Notes: generated by a model from the sequence alone, not told the origin. A stretch of DNA of 64,000 nucleotides from Takakia lepidozioides (GCA_030704615.1 CM060732.1:21142001-21206000); one strand, 5' to 3'; counted from the first letter of the stretch, positions 38,982-52,339 are shown. Numbers and translations: made by a program.

Positions 38982-39440
38982 TGATTTTTTTTAAATCTTT
39001 GTTTTTTTTGGGTTTTTTTAATTCATTCTAGTGGTAAGAGTCTCCGTTTTTTTAAGATATAAATACTCATATATTATATATATAACCAGAAAAGCATGTG
39101 TCGACACGTGTAGTCATGTAGTGATTCATCCATGTGATGATCTGGCATAATGCATTAGAGTGAGAGTCATGAAGTCATATGTCTGTCTTGCAATATGCAC
39201 ACGTCATTCTAGTGTAGCCATGACCGTGACTGGTAGTCATATCTGCCATGCCAATATTCGTGGTCAAACATGTTTGACCTGTGTTGCGCAGAGTCCGAAG
39301 CCATGCAGTTGCATATACGCCTTCTCCAGACCTGCATTATGACTTCAAAAGCATTTTACGACTGCAAATGGCATTTCTGCCACAAATCTGTCATGACTGC
39401 GCACCCATGGGAGTCATAAAAGCCGCAATCTGTTGTAGTG

Positions 39441-41025
39441 ATCCTGCTAGCAACCCATAAGCTGGAAAGTCGTGGATTGACCACATCAAGATGGCCCTCA
39501 TGCGAAATGACTGTTGCCCCACTAGGCTACTTCCATCCAATGCCTCCACACCAACTTCCCACAACAATTTCAGCTCATCCACAAAGGGCTGCAGATAAAC
39601 ATCTGCATTGTCATTTCCCACAGATTGTGGTCCAGGAATCAATAAAGCCAACATCGTGAAAAATGGTTTAGTACACAGCCAGGGTGGAAGATTATAGTTT
39701 ACCAACATGACAGGCCAAGTTGACCATTTGTTTGATTTATCACTGTAAGGATTGACACCATCCCATGCGAGACCCAATCGCAGATTTCTGGGGTCCGCTG
39801 CAAACTCAGGCCATTTTTGGTCAATGTGGGCCTAAGCCTTGCTGTCTGCTGGGTGCCTAACCAAGCCATCTAGACTTCGATTCTTAAAGTGTCATGACAT
39901 TAACTCTGAGATGGATTTGGCTTTATACATTCGAAGCAGCCTTGGAATGATAGGGAAATGTCGAAGGACCTTACGAGGTACTGGTGTCTTCGTACCCACC
40001 ACATAACGACGTGCCTGACATTTTGGACAAACCTCCAAATTCTGAAGCTCCCTTCTGAACAACACACAACCTTTCGGACATGCATGTATACTCTCGTAAT
40101 GAAGCCCGAGTTCCATTATGAGTTGTTTTGCCTCATAGTGGGACTTTGGCAGGCAATTGTCTGCTGGCAACAGTTGTCTTCCTAACAATGTAAGGAGTTC
40201 ATCGACAAAGGTGTTTGACACACCATGGGTTTGACAAGCATTTAACAGCAGTAAGGTAGCAGACAATCGAGAGGAAGAACTCCCTACATATAAAGCCCTG
40301 GATGCCTCGTGCTCAAAACGTAAGGCACTCGCTGCACCACGATCACCATCACTCTTCAGTCCACCATCAGTCTGCTCTGGCACTCCATCTGTGTCCCATT
40401 GGCCCTGTGTTCCATCTCCCGGTTCCTCATGTGCATCACCAGTTTGCACCCCATTATCTATAGTTGCGAATGTCTCCCGGAGCATTCTAAGCATGTCAAG
40501 ATTACGATCCAAGGTATCAGGACCACCTGCAGGGCTGGTTTCCGTTCTAAACCCCTCATGTTCGTCTCCAGAGTTTTCCTGCTTAGTACATATCAGACGC
40601 CACATGTCAATCCACTATAAGATGGGGAGTTTTTTCATTTGAAATAGTGGATGTGGAACGTGCCATTATACAGGCACGTGGCAATAGGAAAACGGGCATG
40701 TACAATACTCTACACCTTACAACAATACCGCTACCAGGAATTTGAACTGTTTCTTATAATTTCAAAGTATGCATCTGCAAAGGGAAGACAATCCAGAGAT
40801 ATGCACCGGGAGTTCTCGTAAATTAGGATCTCGCAAGTTCAAAAGTAGATGACGCTTAGCCCGGCCAATGGTTTGCCAGTTTCCACCATGACAGGCATTG
40901 CATGGAGATAGAATTTTCCGAAGACCCAGTCTTCTTGCTCGCGCTTCCTCTAGTTTCCACAATCTGTCATCGTCATGTTCTGCTTGTGTCCGCCTTTGCA
41001 ATCGATGGGCAGTAGGAGGGATCAT
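39441..41025 (-). pseudogene. CACTA transposase (Tnp2/TnpD), upstream part, with transposase-associated N-terminal region
   Basis: SPCNAC (40762-41025); LPKSHYEAK...IHACPKGCVLFR...CPKC...LRHFPIIPRL (39892-40605); DPRNLRLGLAWDGVNPY...WPVMLVNYNLPP...DVYLQP...SIHDFPAYG; TGG>TGA/TAG stops at ~39892 and ~39832. Confidence 0.9.
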
Positions 41026-41054
41026 CTTGGCGAGTAAGTGAGACTCGTCAGGAA

Positions 41055-41689
41055 ATGGAGACCCAAATAGAGTGTCTAGAAGTTACACCAGGGCGCAAGC
41101 CTACAGCAAGGGAGGTAAAACGAGCAAAGCGTCAAGCGGAGAACAAGGCATTCTTCGCACGACTGAAGATCTACGACATTGCAAAGAGGTCCGAACTTCC
41201 GTTTTTTTCATATCCCCTACCTAGCCCTAGCCATGAAACCGCATTAAAAGCTCCAAACCTGTAGAGAGGATATGTTAGGGTTTTGCAGCTGCTGACTTTG
41301 TCTTTCTTCTTCTTTGCAGCGTCGAAGAGAGCTTGAGTCGCCCTAAACGACTCGTTGAGGAAATCCTCAAACACACAGGTCCTCCTCGCCGAAGTCACAG
41401 AGTTCAACTCCTGCACTCTGCAATGTCACAACGGGAGAAAGAGGTAGAGCAAGAGGAGGAAGCGCAGGTTCAAGCGGAGTCAGACACAGAGGAGGCACAA
41501 GAGCAAGAATTGCAGCGAGACCAAGATTATGCCGCACATGAAGACTTGAATGAGACCAGCTCGGAGTCAGAGATGGAAACGATAAAAGAAGCCCCAACAA
41601 AGACAAAGCGCGCAAAGCACCCTGCAAACTCCCCAACCCATCAGCAGGTTTGCGATCTGCACCAAAGTTCTGTCTCCATGTGCATATGA
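41055..41689 (+). CDS. Probable 5' exons of the CACTA-B accessory (TnpA-like) gene
   Basis: ATG at 41055; basic coil REVKRAKRQAENKAFFARLKI, then RRSHRV and an acidic tract; acceptor-like TTCTTTGCAG at ~41319; the exon linkage is inferred. Confidence 0.4.
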
Positions 41690-42175
41690 AAAGGCAGTGA
41701 GGGTAAGAAACAATTGCAGCAAGGTTGTTGGGCATGAGTCTTGCATATGAATTTGGGTGGGAAAAGGCTCACTGGAATGTCAACTCCAGTTGCCTGCTTT
41801 CTGGCTTGGTCTGGATTGTAATGAGGCCAACAGTTGTGGGGGTCATACTTCTTCTTCAACAAAGCCAGATAGACAATGCAGCACTAGAGGCACTTGAAGT
41901 CCTTACCCCTAAACCCTCCAACATCTCTTTGCCAATTCAACTTGTGGACCATGTGCCTTTGTTTTCAGCAATGTGAGTGTTGGTACTCTTATGGTATGCT
42001 TGACTCTCCTTCATGATGGTATATAAATGTTGCCTCTTTTTCCTTTTTCATCTTGAACCCATAAACTGAGAATAGTGGTTTTGACTTGGTGATTGTCTCT
42101 CACCAATCCATGGACCAAGAAGAAGAACAACATGAACGGTAGTGACAAGCCACTTTGTCTAACTTCATTTTCATC

Positions 42176-43826
42176 AGAGAGAGAGAGAGATTGTACTCAT
42201 AAGACGTTGTTTGCCGTAGCCTTGTGGACATTGACCCCGCGCCCAGTTTGAGCGGGAACAAAAGGGACAGAACCTACCTCTGTCAGGGGCTGACGTTGGT
42301 AGTAAGACTTACCTTCATATATAGAATTAATTCGGGTTTCCAGATATCCTCTAGAAATCCTTCTTGTATAGATTGACAATGACGCCCTGTCACCAGCGAA
42401 AGGGGATCGTTTCAGTCTTCTAGATCAGGTTAAAGAGGAGAACTAGGGATTGAATTCTGTCTTGAAGTTGATGGATTGAACCGTCTCTGCCAACGCTTGA
42501 TTGATGTTGGCAACCCGCATGGGATCGCCACCGTGCTTGATAAGCTCGTTGACAATACCATCAGGTCCACCAGCTTTATATCCATTTAAATGTTCAATTG
42601 CTTCCACAATCTCAGAAGGACTAATGGGAGCGTTATAAGCCATTGAAATATACTCCAGTTCATCAGGGCTGTTTTGCATCATAGGAACAGTTTTTCCAAC
42701 TGTGTCCCTCCATTCAGTAGAAGACCCCTCACTGTTAGACCTAGAAGTTATGCCAAGGATACTGTAGTGAGTTTCAAAGGTTTTGACAATGTCAACCGAT
42801 GAAGTCACCACTGCACCTTTAGTAGTCTTCAGCGCTTGTACTTGCTGACCGTTTTTCGGCTTGTACAAATGTTGAAGGGCCAACCAGAATTTCTTGTCAT
42901 TACCACCATGGTGGTTTGAGTTTATTTCATTGTATAACTTGTCCCAGTATAATTTCTTCTGAGACCTAACAAGCTGTTTGATATCTTTACGGAGCTGGTA
43001 GTACCTCGCCCACAATTCTCTGTTGGTTTCCAAATTGCAACACTCTTTATAGAGGGCTCGTCTCTCAGCTATCTTGAGTTTAATCTCATTGGTCCACCAA
43101 TTAACAGCTCTACCACAGACAATTAGTTTCATCCCAATGATCTTGTCAACCACGGAGGAAACGAAACTCTCCCAAGAGTCCCCTGCTCTTTCGACTTCAT
43201 TTCTTGCGTTATCAGAGCGAGACTGAAGTTCTTGGAGCGATTGGACAAAATGAGGGAGAGCCTCTTGCAAGGCCTGGACATACTCAGCCTTGACCTCCTC
43301 ATTATGGAGTTTTTCTATGCGCCACTTCCGAATCGAATGTTTCACATATCTCTTGGTGTTGGGAAAACACCTTTTGATCTCATTCCAAACCAGGAACTGG
43401 TCAGAGGTACCAATATCAGTTCTGTCGATCAACACATTGGCACACTGGGGGAACAAATTTTTGTCCATTATGATATAATCCACAATGGAACGTTCCCCAG
43501 TTTGGGATTTCTCACGAGTCCACTGCACTTGGTCACCTCTTGTCCTGTTATTCAAGGTCAAAAGCTGAAGATCTTCTAGACAGTTAATTAACCGTCTGCC
43601 ATTAGAATTCAGTTCGTCCTCACCAAAAGGTCCAATGATATCGTCCTGATGGAGCCCTTTGCCCACCCGGGCATTGAAGTCACCCAATAGCACCACCTGA
43701 CCTTTGGCAAGGAACGAAGCACAGTCCAGCTTTACATCTTCGAAGGCTTTGTCTGCATCAGCACAAAGTGTCCCCTCTGTGGGCATGTAAACACAACCCA
43801 CAAAGAGGTCCTTCGTCCTCGAGACT

Positions 43827-43869
<43 letters not shown>

Positions 43870-45590
43870 CACTCCTGAGAAGTTGCTTATCATAGCCTTG
43901 TGGCCACAGACCTTGCCCGTGCCCAGCAGAACAAGAGGGAACAGACATGAGGGGCTCACTCCAGTAGTAGGACTTACCGTGTTATAAACATTAGTTCAGG
44001 CTTTCCAGATTCCTTTTAGAAAGCCCTTCACACAAGCATCAATATGTTGTATGTGGGCTACCAAGCAATGAGACCCCAACAGGGCCACCGCTTTAGACTC
44101 AGCCTTGAGATATTGAAAGTTGGTGAACAGAGGTGCAGGGACTATGTTCTTGATGGTCCTGAAGAGGGTCGCTCTCTGATGAGAATACCCCGGACTTGTA
44201 TCAGAAAATGGACATTGTCTTCAGGCCACCCACACCAGTGAGCATTGACAATCTCCCTTTCCTCTCTGCATCTGTTTATTGTTCAAAGGTAGACTCCCCA
44301 TCCTGAGGTTAAATTTTCAGTCTAGTGCCAAGGGTAGGTCTGCCCTTCAGATCATCCTCAAAGTCCTCACCCATGTCACAAACTGGAAACGAGTTCAGGG
44401 AAGTTTATGCCTAACATTGTTTTGTTCGGACATTCTTCATGCTTTTGACATGGCCTTAGACACTTCAGCCTCCACGTCAGATTCATCTAGCAGGGTGAGT
44501 TCTTCCTTCCTAATATTCAGGTATTTATCATAGGGTCGCTGGTATGAGGCATGCGATTCAGCTGACTGTACCATCTGACCTTGAACTCATCATGTTGAGA
44601 GCTCAAGGCTGGTACTCCAAACTCGCCCTGAGCAGCCACGTCAGTTGTTCTACAGCTTCTGGGGTCAGGGGAAAGATATGGAGGATGGTTCACAACCTGC
44701 ATGCGAACACCAAAGCTTGTGTTGTGGTCAATAGCGAGAAGTCTAATTTCTTTGACATTGACCAAGGTGTAGCTCAAGGTTGTACCCTCTCCCCATTGCT
44801 CTTCAATGTTTTCGTTTATCAGCCCCTTAAAAATTAGGAAAGCAAGAGATTTGGGTTACAGGTGGGTGATGCCGCCATACCAGCACTTATGAAGAGATCA
44901 GGCCTTATCAGGCCTTGGAGTACACATCTGCCGTGTGGGTTGGCCAACTCCAATCATGCTAAAACTTTAGAATCCATTCAGCTTTTGGTGCTCAAAGAGA
45001 GCATGTCAGCGCGTGCACCATAAGATGTCAAGGAAGGAAACCTTTGTAGAAGGAAGGTGTCGTTCTAGGACAGAGGTTTCCTTAGAGGTTTCTTTTTTTT
45101 TCCTTCCTTGAATAGGCCAGCTCAGGGACATGGTTGACACAGCCCCAGGAAGCTTGCCTCACCTTCATGGAAAACACTTCCAGACTCCAAATCAACCTCA
45201 AGATGGGTGCTTATTATCCTACAGAACAGCTTGCAAACTGTGGTAAGAAGTGTAATGCTACGGTAGTTCCCAGGCTGTCATCTGTCACCTCAGATTGACA
45301 CTGACACCCTCTCTCCAGCGAAAGGGTATCATTTCAGTCTTCCAAATAAGAAAGAGGAGTGCAAGGGCATCTACCATATGATCACACCAGGCTTGACAAT
45401 CGTATCAGACACACCAACTTTATAGCCCTTTAGATGTTCTATTGCTTCACAATCTCAGAAGAACTAATGGGCACGTTGTACCCCTTTGTGATGTACTCCA
45501 GTTTTTCAGGGTTGTCTTGGATTGTAGACAGTCATTTCCACTGTACCCTTCCATTCTTTAGAAGACTCCTCACTGTTATAGGCAGGTCTG
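42176..45590. mobile_element. Scrambled LINE fragments: APE endonuclease and linker (42443-43830, -), RT piece (44520-44990, +), 3' ends with (TC)n tails
   Basis: VGCVYMP, LLGDFNARVG, NSNGRRL, SIVDYII, SDQFLV, KAGGPDGI; RT motif GVAQGCTLSPLLFNVF. Confidence 0.85.
43830..43866. repeat. (GA)n microsatellite (LINE tail)
   Basis: Uninterrupted GA run between a LINE 3' end and the endonuclease fragment. Confidence 0.95.
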
Positions 45591-45696
45591 ACTGACAGGG
45601 TCTTCTTGCATAGGCCTTTGGGCTTCGCTTACCCACTAGGTTTGCCATCCCTAGTAGTATGGTGGTATTGTTTCTCATGTTTATGTTGAGCAATGT

Positions 45697-48600
45697 GTGC
45701 AGAGTTCAGTAAAAAAAAGGAAGGGAATTGCAGGGAAGGATGCGAACGAGCATAAGTCTCTTACTCCAGCAAAGTGTGCACCAACTATTGCGCCAACTGC
45801 TGTGATGAGTGGCGCGGTTGTTCCAACTTACGAAAAACCAGCCCCGCCCACTCCACAGACTGACGTTCCAGCTCCCTTGTATCCACCAGTATCGGCTCCT
45901 CCCTCGTATCCGCTTATGTACCCGCAGTATCCTGCCATGTCAGGGTATAATCTGCATGGGCACATGCCGTATCCTCACTATCAACCTCCAAACAATGATC
46001 CTCAGTGCCAGAATTACAATTCTTTTGCTCCACCTGCAGGCGCTCCAATGCATGATCCTAGTCAAGGTGGGTATTCCATTTACCACCATTATGGAATGCA
46101 TCCCCATAGTATGTATCCTCCTCGGCCTATGTACAACCAACCTACTTCCTCCCTCTATCCTACCAGCCCTGCAAGACCACACCAGGGGCAGGTCCAGTAT
46201 GGTGGCCACCAACCTTCAGGATCCAACTACAGTGGAGTACAACAGCCGGCACCTTCGAGCTTCACTGCACCATGGCCACCTCTTTATCCAACATCTCCAG
46301 GTACACCTAATACCCTGAAAGGGAAAGGCATTCTGAAACAGACCGAGGATGCATTTGCTCCGCATCATCCTGTGGGGTGGGAGACAACAGTCCAGCCCCA
46401 ACAAGAGTGAAGGTGGTAACATGCAAGGTATTGCTGAAACCTTGCAGGATTCCAGCCTTACTCCTGGGGGGACATCAGGTGTGACTCCTATAGAACGCAA
46501 AAATGATTTAAGGAGGGAAAGAAGGGCACTTGCAAAAGATCTGAGAGACCAGGCTGCTCAGAATGTGGCTGTAGGGAGGAGGAAATTTTTCATTTCTTGT
46601 GATGAACTTGGAAAGCCTGAAGGTCCTGCTCGGAACCAGTGGATGACAGCTCTGCGAGGGCAGTGTCAACGTTTGTTGGACTGGTCATTGTATGCTCAGG
46701 ATCAACCATTACACTTAATTGAAAAGATCATGGAGATCTTGGCTTCAGATTGGGAATACGGACCTCCTGGTCTTAACATAAAGGCTATTACAAAAACAAT
46801 TTGCGGGCAGCTCAAGTACCAACGAAATAAGCTGTTCAAAAATTACTATAGTGTGGGGCTGCCCAAACCCCATCATGTGCTAGACAAGACATGGGCACAA
46901 CTAGTTGTTAGTTGGGGTTCCACTGATTTCAAGAAATTCCAGGCAAATGGTGTCAAGGCGCAGGGATGTGTGAAGAATACATCTCGATCGGGTCGCAGTG
47001 GAATCAGCGGTGTTGTAGCACGACTGGAAGTTCCCACAGCATTGACAAACTTTATGTGTTGGGTTTTTTTGGTTGGAGCTCAGAGTCTATTCCTATATGG
47101 ATGGAATTAGTACACATTGCTACTATTTGGAGGCCTTCTCAGAGTTGGGCGCCAGCAAGAAACTAAGCACTCTTATTGAGGGGGAGTCATTGACGCTATC
47201 CTAGATAATTCTTTACTGTTGGCAGTGTGCTATGCTAGTCATTACACTTGCAAGTTTGTTGCAATCACAGGAGAAGGAGACTGGACGTACACCAAGTTTG
47301 CAGGAGATCGCCGGTAGCGCCAGGAGTGACAAAGGCTACGGGTCGGGGTGTATAGGCAGTGCAGCCACAACGGTATATAAACTCAGTACCAATTCTGGTG
47401 TGAATTACATATTCGTGATTTCCATGCCATTGCTAGTTGCCGTTTGGTTCTCTTTTCTTACTAGTTCATCAGTCAGTGTAGTGAATTGTTACTTTGGAGG
47501 TGTTCTATGTGATGGGGCAGGGAATTGGTTCACTAGCAGCTCGCCTCGATGCTATGGAAAACAAACAAGTGCAGATGGAAGCCAGCTCCAAGGCAGCTTT
47601 GGAAGCAGTCCAAGTCCAACTGGAGGCAGCAGCTGCATTCAACATTGCGCTCGCAGCTAAACTTGGCATGAATGTGCCAGATTCACAGCCTACAGGTCCA
47701 CCATGCACCACCTTTGCGCCACAGACAACAAATGAGACTATTTCTCATGTTATGGGCTCACCACTCAACCTGTTCAAGGCAGTTTCTTCACCGCCACCAA
47801 AGCCAAACACAATAGGCTCATTGTTTGGGCTTTCAGAAATGGAGGGGGATGATGACATGGAGGGTTGGTCTGAAGGTGAACTCAATCCATCCCCCCATAT
47901 TGTTGAGGCAACTGCAAAGTGTTCATCAGTTTTGTTGTCCCCTACACCAGTAGCACTGCCGGCATATATACTACCCTCTCAATATGCCTGTGAGGTCTCC
48001 ATGAATTTGCAGAGTGCCCCACAGAAAGGTGTGTCTTTTGTACATGATAATCATGTACAAGTTGTAGGTAATTGCCCTTCGGCAACCGAGAGGCAGAAAC
48101 ACATCCTTATACTTGACTTGAATGGATTGTTATGTGAGAGCAGACTACGAACAAGAGAATACCTAGAGCCCACTGTCACCTCCAGACCTGGGTGTCAAGA
48201 GTTTATGGACCGATGCCTTCAGATTTTTGATGTAGGTGTATGGTCTTCCATGTCATTGAGTAATGTCCTTCCAGTTGTGAAAGCTTTGTTTCGTGGGAAA
48301 CAACCAAAGATGGTGCTTCACCAAGACTATTGTGACCAGCCTGTGGGAATGGTGGACCCTTTTAATCCTTCTAAAACTGTCATGTACAAGAACTTATGTA
48401 AGTTTTGGAAGGACTACAACCATTACAATCCAACCAATACTTTGCTGGTGGACGATTCCCCACTCACTTGCTTACCCAACCTTGCAAATAATTGCATCTT
48501 CCCGTATCCATGGAAGTTGAGGGATCAGCCAAACTGCAAGAGGCTTATGAAAGAATTACTGCCTTGGTTAGAGGGTGTATCCAAGGCTGCACACATCCCT

Positions 48601-49529
48601 GAGTATGTGTCAGGGCACCCATACAGATATGGGCAGCCCAACTACTTGTTCAATACTGCAGCCATGGGTAGTGGATCACAACAATCTGCAAAGGCATCCG
48701 AACCAGGGCTTCCTGCTGCCAGAGTTCCAATGCTACTTCACAATGTGTGTCATTCGTGCTATTCTCATTTTTTGATCGTTGTGTCATTCAATATATAGAT
48801 GGTGAAACCAGTGAAGCGTTCAATGGACAGGGAGAGTACAATATGTGCTATCAATCAGACTACAACCACAGTGGATCTAACTGAACCACAGGGTGACCAA
48901 CAAAATCCGCACAGTGTAAGTACTTCCTTTGTGCAATTTTGTTTCCTTGTCTAATGCTGGATCAATACACCCCCTATGTATCGCCACATAGCTGCAGGCC
49001 CAACAACCTACAAAGGTAGTTTTGTGACATCGTCTTACCACATCCATGTTGACCATGCATAACCTGCTACCAACTAGGTATGGCACCATTCCAGCTTTGA
49101 TCATGTCAGCATGTAGTATAGAGACAAGCAAATGCAATTCGGAATTGGAAGTACTGCAATAGGTAGGGTTGGGGTGTTTGCTGGAAGAACTTCAATGTCA
49201 TTTTGCAGGAGTGCCAAGCTGTCAGTCTCTGTTCTCCAAGGTTCATTTCTGATATAGGAATCTGGTTTTTGTTGCAGTTTCAGATCGGCGACAAGGTGTT
49301 ATTGTTTGATCCTTGTGCACCAAAAAGAAGGGCAGGTGTGGGATATATTGCTGGATTTCCGAAAGCAAATGTGCCAGACAACTATTACCGTATCCATGTG
49401 AAATCGGTCATGATTTCAGAGGTTGTGTTGCCGTACCCGGACTACTCTGTTACCCCTAATTATACCACATTGGGTGACACGCAGGGAAGTTCCACCTTAT
49501 GGTCTGAAAAGTTTCTTAAACATGCGTGA
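45697..49529 (+). CDS. CACTA-B accessory (TnpA/Ptta-like) multi-exon gene: Pro-rich region, Transposase_24-like region, coiled coil, NIF/FCP1-like HAD domain, Tnp1/En/Spm-like C-terminal domain
   Basis: KPHHVLDKTWAQLVVSW...SRSGRSG (46349-47110); ILILDLNGLL...RPGCQEF...VGVWSS...NTLLVDDSP (47494-48798); GDKVLLFD...AGVG...LPYP...TLGDTQGSSTLW (49203-49529); GT/AG borders between the ORFs. Confidence 0.6.
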
Positions 49530-49937
49530 TATTGAAGGTGCTACTAGTTTAGTTTAGTTTTCATTATGGATTGAGGGTTGCTGAGACAGGTGAACAAAAC
49601 AGCTCTTCTCACATGAACAGTATTTTTTGAATTGATGCTCTTGCTATTCTCATGTATGATCACAAGATCCCCTTGTTCAAGGGCAACTTCATTTTCCCAC
49701 ATCAAGCCAAATTTTTCTTGTGTAGACATGAATGTGGTATTTTGCTGGTTGTTTGCTATATTTAATATTAATAACATTACTATTGGTCAATGTGGTTAAT
49801 AATACAATTATTATCCATGTTTTAAATAAGCTTTTGTTTAAATGAAACAAAACAAATAAAAATTCTAAAATAATAATATATTACATATTAAAGTCAAGCA
49901 GCCAATGGCTTTTGGGGTGCTATCCCATTTATTATAA

Positions 49938-49968
<31 letters not shown>
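49938..49968. repeat. (AAT)n microsatellite
   Basis: About 10 AAT units. Confidence 0.9.
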
Positions 49969-49969
<1 letters not shown>

Positions 49970-50510
49970 TGACTATTTATTTTGGCATTTGTCAACAAAT
50001 AATAATTGTTTACTTTTCGTCCAATAGGAACAAAACAATGGATATGACAGTATTCACACTAGTGTCATTGCGATCACACCACGACTTGAACCTGGTGTTA
50101 AATCTGTGTGAGAGAATCCGTAAGAAGAGCCCTTAATATCTATTATTTATTTAATAATTCTGATGGACTCTATTGCGTGACATTCCCTTTGATATACATG
50201 TGGCAGACATGGTGGCAATGAGGTGTAATAAGTACCGTAGAAAGACCATTAAGATTACTTAGTCAAAATAGTAGTTGAACTAACCAGTCAAAACGGCCGT
50301 CAAAATATCCGTCAAAAGAGCCACCTAAACCTACTGCCACATCAGGTGCAAGTTTGGTGTGAGATGGTTTTTTTCACAGGACCAAGAAAATTCACATGTG
50401 GTGCAAAGGACTAGGTTAACCTAACACCAAGGGGGGGGTGTGAACTTGGGCTCTTTTCACACCAAAATGTGTGAGAAGAGCCGTTAAAAAAACCGGTTTC
50501 TGTATTAGTG

Positions 50511-52100
50511 TGACCACGCTATTGGGCAGTCCCTTGTACCTGTTGGCTGGCAGCTACACCTCGTGCAGGCATGTCCTTGCCAAATCCAATTGTAACAACT
50601 CGCTCCTCCACCATGTTGAGCTCAATCCGCTCAGCCAGCAGAAACACATCCGCTAATGTGGGTTGGACCGCTTGTAACAGGGTTGCATCCCGCACCCTTC
50701 TCTTGAGCTCCTTGTCCAAAATTCCATACCAGAACTGGACTGCCTGAGATTCAGTAACCCCTTGGGTCACACTTATCAAGCGCCTCATACGAGTGTAGGC
50801 CTCTCGCAAGCTCTCACTGGATTTGCGCTGGAAGTCTTGCAAACTTCGCAGCTTCTCTGTCCGTACACCTTGGTAGTTCCTCCGCAACTCCTGGAAGAAC
50901 TCCACCACCGGGTTGAATCTAGGCACATGTGTTGTAATTGTGGCAGGAGGAGTAGTAGCACCTTTTGAACTGGTACCACCTGCAGAAGTGCCGACACTAC
51001 TTGTTCCACTACTAGTGCTTGTAGTTGGAGATGTTTGTGTAGCTGCTGGTGTCACCGCTGTCCTTGTGCCTCTAGTGATTGAGACATAGTTAGGTGACCA
51101 ATACTCTCGCCACTCCTCAATCTCCACCGCATGTCCCCGCCTAAATTCATGGTAATCATCCATGGGCGGCCCCTCAAGGTGCTGGAATAGCCCCTTCCAC
51201 GCCATAAAGGGCGTAAACAGTTGTGGATTGCGCATTTGCTGCAAATCACACCAACTGTCAAACTCTTGTATAAAGTCATCAAGCTCGATGGTGCCCACAG
51301 CTCCAGAGTACCTACGTGGCCCCTTGGTAGCTCCATACATCTCCTCCATCGTGTCCCACAACAATGGCACGGAAATGACTTGCACCCTCGGCGAGAATCC
51401 TCTTGACTCCGAGTCTGAACCTTCCTCAGAAGACACTGAAGGTGAAAGTGGCCTAAACCGCACACCTTGTCTTGTGTACCCACTAGTATTGCTGGTGCTT
51501 GTACCGGCACTCCCCTCAGCAGCTGGTGGCACCTCCGTGATGAAAACTCACAATCCAACCAGTTGTCAACCTGTCTCTAATCCCCACTTTCTACAAGGTA
51601 ACCGGGTAAAGAACCTGTTGCGGCTACTGGTTCAAGCAGGAATAATAGGTTTCTAACGTAGACCTGTACCTGCACCTACATCCACCGCAAAGCACTCCTA
51701 TGGTCTGCTGGTCATCAACCCAGCCTCACCATAGAAGAAACACTGGTGGTCTTGCTGGTCATCACTCCAGCCTCACCACCGACAACATACTCTAGGATTG
51801 GCCGGTGATCACCCAACCTCCTATGAAAACAAGCGCCCACACAAAGCTAACATGGCGCACAGTCAAGCATGCAGATGTGGAGGAGATCCAAACACAAGAA
51901 AATCAAGACAGCAACTCCCCCACACCAAAAACACTCCACAGTGTCGCTCCTGCAATGACACCCCAGCCCAAACCCGCACTGACTCTTGCCTACACCTACG
52001 GAAAGGTTTTGGCCTACAGAGAGGGTGAAAGACTATGGAGAAGAGAAACTAAAGCAATTCCTAACCCCAGAATGCTCTCATCCCACCACTCTCCCTCCTG
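50511..52100 (-). mobile_element. Ty3/Gypsy copy 1, 5' part: leader and gag (ORF 50519-51532)
   Basis: Gag-like GPRRYSG...DDFIQEFDSWCD...FQRKSSESLREAYTRMRRL...QFWYGILDKEL; joins the Zn-knuckle ORF at 21741 in frame after removing CACTA-B; leader similar to 54200-54720. Confidence 0.85.
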
Positions 52101-52339
52101 TCTCTATCCACTCGCTTGTATGGCCGTGGCAAGTATCCTTCAATATCCCTCAATCAATCCTTCAAGAGCTCTTCAACATTGTCCACCAAAGCTCCTCGAA
52201 GGGTCCTCCAAGGACCCCAAAGATCCTCCAAACACTCCTCCAAGGACCCCAAAGATCCTCCAAATACTCCTCCAAGGGCCCTCAAATATCTTCCAAACAA
52301 TCCTCCAAAGGCCCTTAAATTTCACTAAGTCCTTTCACT

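Larger units (their letters stand above)
26559..39440. mobile_element. CACTA-C, non-autonomous element carrying PPR fragments and a nested MULE
   Basis: TIRs CACTACAACA(A/G)ATTGCGGCTTTTA; TSD ATC (26556-26558, 39441-39443); ATGACT subterminal repeats; inserted inside the CACTA-B transposase. Confidence 0.9.
21745..50510. mobile_element. CACTA-B (En/Spm) element, 28.8 kb including nested insertions
   Basis: TIRs CACTA(C/A)TACAGAAACCGGTTTTT at both ends; 3-bp TSD TGA (21742-21744, 50511-50513); contains CACTA transposase and accessory ORFs. Confidence 0.9.
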
